Sequence record: DRR723986_2326
Direction: 5' to 3' (one strand)
Length of the DNA: 59,595 bases
The notes under the pieces are model-generated. The model was not told where the DNA came from and did no database searches. It saw nothing but the letters and a program-made list of their open reading frames with translations. This document shows, piece by piece, positions 10,073 to 17,527 of the stretch. Both the position numbers and the translations under genes were made by a program. Each line of letters opens with the position of its first letter. The first letter of the stretch is position 1.

Positions 10073-12190
10073 ATGACGGTTCAGCAACATCCCTATATTG
10101 GCGCGTCCCCGGACAAGCGCGAGGACCGCGTGTTTCTGACCGGACAGGGGTGTTATACGGACGATGTGGCGCTTAGCGATCCGCTGCATGTGCATTTTGT
10201 GCGCAGTGATGTTCAGGCTGGCGAGATCACTGAGATCGAGATTGACGACGCATCACAGGCGGATGGGGTCGTCGCGGTCTATGTGGGCGCAGATTTGGGG
10301 GATTTGGGAAAGCTGGCGATCAATCCGGTGCTTCCGATGATGTTCACTCCGGATTATCCGATCCTTGCACCCCAAACCGTTGGGGCGGTGGGACAACCCA
10401 TTGCGGCTGTGCTGGCGGGGACAAAATCGCAGGCCGTTGATGCGGCAGAGCTGGTTTATGCCGATATCGCAGATGAACCCGCACAGAGCTGTGATCTGGC
10501 GGCGCAGAACTGGGCTTGGGGGGATGTGGATGCGGAATTTGCGCGCGCGGCGCATGTGGTGGGCTGCACAGTTCAGCACCCCCGGCTTGCGCCGTCGCCA
10601 ATGGAGCCGCGCGCCATTGCGGTTGCGTATGACGATGTGACTCAATCGGTCACAGTTTGGCATTCAACCCAAACCCCCCATCGGACCCGATCTGAATTGG
10701 CTGCGATTTTGGGGCTGGATGCGGGGCGTATCCGGGTGATTGCCTCCCATGTTGGCGGGGCATTTGGGATGAAAGCCTCGCTCTATCCAGAGGATGTTTT
10801 TGTGGTTTGGGCGGCCTTTCATCACAAACGGGACGTGAAATGGACCGCGACCCGATCCGAAGAGTTCCTGTCCGCGACCCACGGCCGGGGCGTCACCAGT
10901 CATGGGCAACTCGCGTTTGATGAGGGTGGGACATTTCTGGCGATGCGCGCGGATGTGTCAGCGCCGCTTGGGGCGTGGGTGCCAAACAGCGGATTGATAA
11001 CAGGGTGGAATGCTGCGCGGGTCTTGCCCTCGGGATATCGTATGCCAGCTTTGGACATTTCAACCAAAGCGGTGATGACGAACCTTGCCCCGACGGGCAT
11101 TTATCGCGGGGCGGGACGTCCTGAGGCAAATGTGCTGATGGAACGTCTGATCGACAAAGCGGCCCGTGTTTTAGGGTGTGATCCATTTGAGATCCGCGAA
11201 CGGAACCTCTTGGATGCGGCGGCGTTGCCGCATGAAACGGCAACTGGGAATGTGCTGGATTCAGGGAGTTATGCGCAGGCGCTGTCGATGCTGAAGGAAA
11301 AAGCAGGTTACGACGCGTGTCTTTCAGCTCGCGATGAGCGGCGCGCGCAGGGGGAGATGGTTGGGGTCGGGGTTGCGTTTTACGTCGAACCCTCGGGCAA
11401 CGGGTGGGAAAGCGCGCGTGTGACGTGGGATGGTGATGGGCGCGTTCAAGTGGCCAGCGGCAGTTCCTCGCAAGGGCATGGGCGTGAAACGAGCTTTGCG
11501 CAGATTGCGGCAGATGTTTTAGCTGTTTCGATGGATTTGGTTGATGTCACGATGGCGGATACCGATACGGCCCCCGCTGGCATTGGCGCGCTTGCCAGCC
11601 GATCGACCGCGATTGGCGGCAGTGCGGTTCTGAAAGCCTGTGAAGAGATCAAAGCGCGCCACGCCTCTGGCGAGGCCTTACCGTTGAGAGCGGACATCCG
11701 GTATGAGAACAAAGGGCAGGCGTGGGGGTATGGCGCGTATCTGGTTGTGCTTTCGGTGGACCGGGAAACTGGAACGCCGCAGCTAGAGCGCGTGACATGC
11801 GTGGATGATGCGGGGCGTATTATCAACCCAGGTCTGGTCGATGGGCAGATCCGCGGGGGATTTGCCCAGGGGTTGGGCGAGGCGCTGATGGAGCGTGTCG
11901 TTTATGACGAAGACGGGCAGCTGTTGACCGGCTCGTTCATGGATTACGCGCTGCCGCGGGCGCAGGATGTGCCTACGCTTGAGATCCACAAATTTGAAAC
12001 GCCAAGCCCAATGAATGCTCTGGGGGCCAAGGGGGTTGGCGAAGCCGGAACCATTGGGGCGCCTGCGGCCATTCTAAATGCGGCTGTTGATGCGCTCAGC
12101 CCTTTGGGGGTGCGTGATCTGACGATGCCCCTGACCAGTCAAACGCTATGGCAGGCCATTTGGGCCGCCGAACAAGGAAACGCGATATGA
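10073..12190 (+). CDS. Xanthine dehydrogenase family molybdopterin-binding large subunit (CoxL/CutL-like)
   Basis: KREDRVFLTGQGCYTDD, VGGAFGMK, IYRGAGRPEA, QGHGRET, GQIRGGFAQGLG and AKGVGEAG motifs; ATG at 10073 (the longer ORF would overlap nadX). Confidence 0.9.
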   Translation: MTVQQHPYIGASPDKREDRVFLTGQGCYTDDVALSDPLHVHFVRSDVQAGEITEIEIDDASQADGVVAVYVGADLGDLGKLAINPVLPMMFTPDYPILAPQTVGAVGQPIAAVLAGTKSQAVDAAELVYADIADEPAQSCDLAAQNWAWGDVDAEFARAAHVVGCTVQHPRLAPSPMEPRAIAVAYDDVTQSVTVWHSTQTPHRTRSELAAILGLDAGRIRVIASHVGGAFGMKASLYPEDVFVVWAAFHHKRDVKWTATRSEEFLSATHGRGVTSHGQLAFDEGGTFLAMRADVSAPLGAWVPNSGLITGWNAARVLPSGYRMPALDISTKAVMTNLAPTGIYRGAGRPEANVLMERLIDKAARVLGCDPFEIRERNLLDAAALPHETATGNVLDSGSYAQALSMLKEKAGYDACLSARDERRAQGEMVGVGVAFYVEPSGNGWESARVTWDGDGRVQVASGSSSQGHGRETSFAQIAADVLAVSMDLVDVTMADTDTAPAGIGALASRSTAIGGSAVLKACEEIKARHASGEALPLRADIRYENKGQAWGYGAYLVVLSVDRETGTPQLERVTCVDDAGRIINPGLVDGQIRGGFAQGLGEALMERVVYDEDGQLLTGSFMDYALPRAQDVPTLEIHKFETPSPMNALGAKGVGEAGTIGAPAAILNAAVDALSPLGVRDLTMPLTSQTLWQAIWAAEQGNAI

Positions 12191-13140
12191 AATACACCAA
12201 ATTTGAGGCCAAGGATTATGCGCGCGAGAGCATGCGCGGCATTTGGGCGGCTGCTTTGAACCCGTTTCACGCGGATGGGTCGTTTAACGAAGCGGGCCTG
12301 CGTCAGAACATTCGCCATTGGATTGATGATCTGGACATTCAGGGCCTGTTTATTGCGGGCAAGCAGGGCGAATTTTTCTCGATGAGCTTGGAAGAGCGCA
12401 AGCGCAACATGACGGTCGCGGTCGAGGAATGCGGCGATGCGGCGGGCACCATCATGTCGATTTCCGATCAGAACGTGAATACGGTTCTGGAGCTGGGCCT
12501 GCATGCGCAAAGCTGTGGAGCGGATTATGTTGTGGTTCACGCGCCAGTGTTGAGCTTTTGCCATGATCGTGACGAGGTTTTATATAATTATTACAAGTAC
12601 CTGTGTGATCGTCTGGACATCGGGATCGCAATGTGGAGCCACCCGGATTCTGGCTATTTGATGGAGCCTGAAACCTGCGCTCGTATTGCTGAATTGCCCA
12701 ATATTGTTGCCATCAAATATTCAGTCCCGCGCGACATGTATGTGCGTCTGAGCCATATGATTGGGGACAAAATCCATGTTTCAACGTCGTTGGAAGATGA
12801 TTGGTTGGACAACATCCAAGAGCTGAATTGGAAGCTCTATCTGTGTTCATCGCCCCCCTATCAGCTGCAAACGAAGACCGACAAACGCATGCATGAATAC
12901 ACCGAGTTGGCGTTTGCGGGGAAGATGGATCAGGCCCGCAAGGTGCGTGACAGTCTGGACCCGGTGAGAGCCGCGATTAAACGGACCAAGCCCGGTGGAA
13001 AGCCTACGGCGCATGGCAAATACTGGCAGGAACTGCTGGGTCAAGTTGGGGGATCTGTGCGACACCCCATGCTAGAGCTGACCCAAGCCGAAAAAGATGC
13101 GACACGCGCGGCGTTTGAGGGGTGTGGTCTGCAGCTCTGA
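12187..13140 (+). CDS. DapA/NAL-superfamily class I aldolase/lyase (probably not true DHDPS)
   Basis: ATGA overlap; GKQGEF in place of GTTGE; Schiff-base Lys in VAIKYS. Confidence 0.85.
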   Translation: MKYTKFEAKDYARESMRGIWAAALNPFHADGSFNEAGLRQNIRHWIDDLDIQGLFIAGKQGEFFSMSLEERKRNMTVAVEECGDAAGTIMSISDQNVNTVLELGLHAQSCGADYVVVHAPVLSFCHDRDEVLYNYYKYLCDRLDIGIAMWSHPDSGYLMEPETCARIAELPNIVAIKYSVPRDMYVRLSHMIGDKIHVSTSLEDDWLDNIQELNWKLYLCSSPPYQLQTKTDKRMHEYTELAFAGKMDQARKVRDSLDPVRAAIKRTKPGGKPTAHGKYWQELLGQVGGSVRHPMLELTQAEKDATRAAFEGCGLQL

Positions 13141-13148
13141 GCGGGGTG

Positions 13149-13176
13149 CGTGCCCCGGCGTTTCTGCCGGGGCGTG
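13149..13176 (+). terminator. GC-rich stem-loop after the aldolase gene
   Basis: GCCCCGGC-gtttct-GCCGGGGC perfect 8-bp stem, extendable by G-U pairs; weak U-tract. Confidence 0.5.
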
Positions 13177-13376
13177 TTGAGCACGTGCCATGTCAGAGCC
13201 TGTATTCAGTGCAACAGTCTCTTTCTGCTTTTTTCGTCCCAACCCAAGGCGCTTGCAGGCGGCCAAGGCCGCTGCTTAAGTAAACTTGGATTGAGGAGAT
13301 CAAGAGGCGTGTAGATGCCCGACTGTCTCGATCCATTCGAAAACAGGCAAAATCGGGCGACGGGCAGTATTCTGAT

Positions 13377-14669
13377 ATGGCAAACATGGTCACCAAGGGC
13401 AGAACGTCGATCGTAACGCAGCAAACACGCGATGGATCGACCACCATGCTTGAACGGTTGAAGTTTTTCGCGTCCCCCGAACAGGGGTGTTTGACGTTGT
13501 CTGGTGTTGTCGTTTTTGCGAATGATTATGGCACTAATCCCAAAGTAGAGCTGCGGTACGGTGGAAATGTTATTCCCATAACGCTGTCCCCAAGTTTGGG
13601 GGTCAGCCGAATGCTGGATGGGGAATCCAATTCTGCGGCCAGCCGGATTGATACGATTACGATACCAGAAGGTCCGCCGAGGATTGATTTGGTGGTGCAT
13701 CGGGACAAAGGCGGTGAACCAGATACGGTCTTGCAGTTGCATGACAAAAAATATGCCCGGCCATCTGAGGGATTGCGCCAAATACATCAAACAGCGATGG
13801 CGATGACGCCTGACAGTTCGATGCAAGAGGCGCGGCGATTGAATCGTAGTCTCAAAGGCATTCCAGATGTCTATTCGAACCTGCCTGAATATTTGGAGGC
13901 GAGAGTTCTGATCTCTTCCAAACTCAAGATCATGCCGACAAGAACCGTCAAAATGATGATCAAGCTGAGAGGTTTGCGCGCGGTGAATGATGACAGTGCA
14001 AAATTTCAGGCGTTCGAACGGAAACTTTCCGGCCTGCTTAATGGGGTGAACCTATCGCATCATGGGTTTGCCTCGGGCTTTGGCGCGATAGAGGATCAGG
14101 GCACCGTTTGGGATCACATTCGCCAGCTGTCCGTCGATTTGGAAAAGGAAGGTTTGTCTATTTTCATCAACTCGGGAACTTTGCTGGGGTATGTGCGCAG
14201 CAAAGAGCTGATTGAATACGATGATGACATCGATCTGGCTGTGGTGCTGAGCGCGCAAAGCCTGCCCGAGGCGGTGGCTGAGTGGGTTCGCTTAGAAGCG
14301 ATACTGGAAAAGCTGAACCTGATTGACCACGACAACAACGAGATTGTGAAGGCCAAGGGCATTTATAAACTCAAGGCTTTGGGGAATTTCCAAGTTGATT
14401 TGTTTCCGGCCTGGCAGGTTGATGGAAAGTTTTTTGTCTGGCCACATACGTTTGGCGAACTCGACAAAGCAGACGTTTTGCCCTTGCAGGACACCAATAT
14501 CGCGGGTGTGAAAATGCCCGCGATGCCCGAAAGAATGCTTGAGCTGAATTATGGTGAGGATTGGAGGACGCCAAATAGATTTTGGTCGTTCAACTGGTCT
14601 AAGGCGAAGAAGCGGTTTTCGAAATTTAGGGCGCTATTGGAAACTGCTCGGGCTGTGGACCATAATTAG
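13377..14669 (+). CDS. LicD-family nucleotidyltransferase-fold protein with an uncharacterised N-terminal half
   Basis: SGTLLGYVR...IEYDDDIDL, VDLFP and YGEDWRTP motifs; start uncertain (13377, 13386 or 13446). Confidence 0.8.
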   Translation: MANMVTKGRTSIVTQQTRDGSTTMLERLKFFASPEQGCLTLSGVVVFANDYGTNPKVELRYGGNVIPITLSPSLGVSRMLDGESNSAASRIDTITIPEGPPRIDLVVHRDKGGEPDTVLQLHDKKYARPSEGLRQIHQTAMAMTPDSSMQEARRLNRSLKGIPDVYSNLPEYLEARVLISSKLKIMPTRTVKMMIKLRGLRAVNDDSAKFQAFERKLSGLLNGVNLSHHGFASGFGAIEDQGTVWDHIRQLSVDLEKEGLSIFINSGTLLGYVRSKELIEYDDDIDLAVVLSAQSLPEAVAEWVRLEAILEKLNLIDHDNNEIVKAKGIYKLKALGNFQVDLFPAWQVDGKFFVWPHTFGELDKADVLPLQDTNIAGVKMPAMPERMLELNYGEDWRTPNRFWSFNWSKAKKRFSKFRALLETARAVDHN

Positions 14670-14718
14670 CCCCCTTTACTTATGGCTTAGACATCTGAAT
14701 GACTGAAGCAGTGACGAT

Positions 14719-15636
14719 TTAATTGCCTTTGATGTCGAAAGCGTAGTTTCGATTCACCCCTGCAGGTGGGTGAGGAAAGGGGGCCGCTGAACGTACTTGT
14801 GACAGGGCAACCTTGTCTAATCGTGCGGATCCGGAACTCCGGGAAATCGAGATATGTGCCAGTGATCCATCATCGGCTATGCGAATTGAAACGCGCGCAG
14901 TACCACGTATCTTGACCGATTTTCGCTTGGCGCGATGCACTTTGCGCGTGACAAGGCCTTTGTAGTTACTTGCCGTGGCGTTGCCGTTTTGCGCTGCCTT
15001 GCGACCCGACGCACTTGCGGTTGATTTCTTCTTTTTGGACTTTCCCGATGCCTGCCCAACGCGTTCGTTTTTTGCGCTGTTTCCCTTGGGGGCAGCGGCT
15101 TGTTTTTTCATGGTTTTCTTAGGTTTGGGTTTGTCTTTTATTGGTTTAACCGGGGTCTTTTTCTGGTCGATGGGTTTGAGTTTTGGTGGTGCAACACTGG
15201 CTTTTTGTTGCGGTTTGGGTGGCTGGGATTTGAGCTTTGGGGGCGTTGGCGCCTGAGGTGATGTAGCCGGGGTAAGGGTTGCCATGTGGGCCGGTGCAAG
15301 AGCAGCCATTTGCTGCTGTGGCGGCGCGGATTGCGCGGGCTCGGCTTGTTCAGGGGCGCGCGCCGTGGACGGGGCAGGCAGGGCTGTCTGCGGTGTTTGC
15401 GGTTCCGGCTGCATTAACTGCTCTGGCTTAGAGATTTCGGTGGCGTCGGAGGTTTCCGAGGGGAGTGTTCCGGCTGTCATATCGCGAAACGAGTTCCCTA
15501 GTGCGGCAACACCGACGTCGCCGCCGCCTTTGATCTTGGTCTCAGGTTTGCCGCCAAAATCCAACATTGCAGCGGCGTGGGTTGCCAAAGCGACGAGAAC
15601 CGCGAGCAGCGCTATAAGGCGAGACCGGGGGATCAT
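14719..15636 (-). CDS. tonB: TonB energy transducer
   Basis: N-terminal TM helix with His; Pro/Lys-rich linker; C-terminal SSGSARLD...AAPFPHPP. Confidence 0.9.
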   Translation of the reverse strand: MIPRSRLIALLAVLVALATHAAAMLDFGGKPETKIKGGGDVGVAALGNSFRDMTAGTLPSETSDATEISKPEQLMQPEPQTPQTALPAPSTARAPEQAEPAQSAPPQQQMAALAPAHMATLTPATSPQAPTPPKLKSQPPKPQQKASVAPPKLKPIDQKKTPVKPIKDKPKPKKTMKKQAAAPKGNSAKNERVGQASGKSKKKKSTASASGRKAAQNGNATASNYKGLVTRKVHRAKRKSVKIRGTARVSIRIADDGSLAHISISRSSGSARLDKVALSQVRSAAPFPHPPAGVNRNYAFDIKGN

Positions 15637-16028
15637 TGTAGGCTCCGTTCGGAAATGACGAAGATTTTCTGCGCGCCGAGGTCGCGCAGTTCAGCACCGA
15701 TGCTCACCAGTTTTTGCGCAGGTAGTTCCCGGTCGGGAACGATGCGAATGTCTGCGAGCGGGGTTTCATCATCGACCAAACGATCCACAAAGGCCGACAG
15801 GGACGTGATTTCGATACCCCGTAAGCTGAGCGTTCCATCCGCATGCACCACAAGCGTATCGGGGGGTTCGCGCCCCTCGAGGCTTGTGGTTTTGATCAGG
15901 CTCAGACCCGTATCCAATGGCGGCGCGAGCGTCCCGGCAATCATGAAAAAGATGAGCATCAGAAAGACGATGTTGATCAGCGCAATTGTCGGCTCTTTTG
16001 CGGCGCGTGGTGATTTTTTGAGTTGCAT
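15633..16028 (-). CDS. exbD: ExbD/TolR family protein
   Basis: PTIALINIVFLMLIFFMIAG TM motif, with Asn where Asp is canonical. Confidence 0.88.
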   Translation of the reverse strand: MQLKKSPRAAKEPTIALINIVFLMLIFFMIAGTLAPPLDTGLSLIKTTSLEGREPPDTLVVHADGTLSLRGIEITSLSAFVDRLVDDETPLADIRIVPDRELPAQKLVSIGAELRDLGAQKIFVISERSLQ

Positions 16029-16399
16029 CAGCCCAATACCACGGCACGGGTTTTGGGCAGGGGACGCAACGTGCCCAAGAGATCGATCAGCTGCTGCGAC
16101 GTCGTCTGATCGCTGAGGCTGATCAGAACGGTTTGGTCTTCTTCTGTACTCAGCGCTTGGGCCAGTTGATCGAGCGGGGTGTCTTGTCCGTTAAGCAAAA
16201 TGCGCAGGCCGTCGAGTTTCAGGAACTTAACCGGGCCTTGTTCCTGCGCGCTACCTGCAGAACCTGCCGTCAGTTCAACCTCGCCATATTTTGAGAAGGT
16301 CGAGGTCAGCATAAAGAACAACAACAACAGAAAGATCACGTCGATGAGGGACGTCATCGAGAGGCGCGCGCGCGTCTGTTTTTGGGTTTTAAGCGCCAT
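16028..16399 (-). CDS. exbD: ExbD/TolR family protein
   Basis: SMTSLIDVIFLLLLFFML motif; ATG at 16399 overlapping the exbB end. Confidence 0.88.
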   Translation of the reverse strand: MALKTQKQTRARLSMTSLIDVIFLLLLFFMLTSTFSKYGEVELTAGSAGSAQEQGPVKFLKLDGLRILLNGQDTPLDQLAQALSTEEDQTVLISLSDQTTSQQLIDLLGTLRPLPKTRAVVLG

Positions 16400-17057
16400 G
16401 AGGGGCCAGTCCCGTTGGCTGTACGCCCTGAGGCGCGGTTTCAGCGGCGTGGCCGGGGGCAAACACAGTGCGCAGAGCACGGTTGGCAAAGATGCGTTCG
16501 CGATGCATGCGGGATTCAAGCCAAGATAGGATCAGCGAGGTTGGCATAGCCACCGCAAGACCGGCGGCGGTGGTCAGCAAGGCGACCCAAATCCCCCCGG
16601 CGAGGAGGGACGGATCGACCGAGCTGCCAGCGCCTTGCAGTTTCTGGAAGGCTTCGATCATGCCCAGAACGGTGCCGAACAAGCCCAGCAGGGGGGCGAG
16701 TTGTGCCACCATGTCCAAGGCGCCCAGACCGCGTTCGAGACGGGAAAAGCGATCCTCGGCTTCGGCGTCGGTGCGATCGGACAGGGCAGGATTGGTGCTC
16801 GAAAGCCCCATTTCGATGACCGGGGCCAGATAGCTGCGGCTTTTGGCGAGGTGGCGCAGGGCCAGCGCCGCGTCGTTTTGATCCCAGGCCTGTACCGCCA
16901 GATTAAGCTCGATATGACGCCCGACACCGGCGGCGCGATATTGCCAGAGCTTGTAAATGACCAAGGCCGTTGTGGCGATTGAGGTCAGGATCAGCACGGC
17001 CACAACCGGGCCACCCAGATCCAGAATGCCGAGAATGGCGGTTTCAATCTTGTCCAT
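16389..17057 (-). CDS. exbB: ExbB (MotA/TolQ/ExbB proton channel)
   Basis: APLLGLFGTVLGMIEAF and GIWVALLTTAAGL motifs. Confidence 0.93.
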   Translation of the reverse strand: MDKIETAILGILDLGGPVVAVLILTSIATTALVIYKLWQYRAAGVGRHIELNLAVQAWDQNDAALALRHLAKSRSYLAPVIEMGLSSTNPALSDRTDAEAEDRFSRLERGLGALDMVAQLAPLLGLFGTVLGMIEAFQKLQGAGSSVDPSLLAGGIWVALLTTAAGLAVAMPTSLILSWLESRMHRERIFANRALRTVFAPGHAAETAPQGVQPTGLAPHGA

Positions 17058-17060
17058 GAT

Positions 17061-17504
17061 TTATCCGATCAGCTCTGTTTTGGTCATTGATTTCAATTCA
17101 AGGCCGGTGTCGCAGGCTTTGGGGTCCAGTCCGGGGGCGGTGCAATTTTCTGCGCCGTTGATCAGCACGCGGCTGATGCTGTCGCAACTTATGCCATCAA
17201 ACCGGAACTGACGGACACGGGGACGGCCCGCTGGCAGATCCTCAAAATCGAGCAAGGTCATTTGTGCGACCTGGCCCTGATCGCCGAACAAAACGGTTTC
17301 ATAAACCGCGCCTGTGATGTCTTGGGGATGTCGGTTGTGGATCAGAAAGCTCATCCGGCAGCCTGCGTTTTCGGTTGTTGCGGCGCTGAGCTCGATTGAA
17401 ATGCCGGGGGATGCCGGGTCTTGTGCATGTGATGTGCCTGCCCCCAGCGTGAGGGGCAGGGCCAAACAGGCAAACCGGATTTTTTGCAGAGTATTCATTA
17501 CCAT
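17061..17504 (-). CDS. Hypothetical exported protein with 4 Cys in the mature region
   Basis: Signal peptide ending SHA-Q; LLDFEDLPAGRPRVRQF; translationally linked to exbB. Confidence 0.75.
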   Translation of the reverse strand: MVMNTLQKIRFACLALPLTLGAGTSHAQDPASPGISIELSAATTENAGCRMSFLIHNRHPQDITGAVYETVLFGDQGQVAQMTLLDFEDLPAGRPRVRQFRFDGISCDSISRVLINGAENCTAPGLDPKACDTGLELKSMTKTELIG

Positions 17505-17527
17505 ATTTGCCTCTTTGTTCAGTGGAT

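Noticed and set aside
10073-12190. Aerobic CO dehydrogenase (coxL) call
   Set aside because: It lacks the AYxCSFR motif and there are no coxS, coxM or accessory cox genes.
15000-15420. Low-complexity repetitive stretch
   Set aside because: It encodes the Pro/Lys/Ala-rich TonB linker and is not a DNA repeat array.
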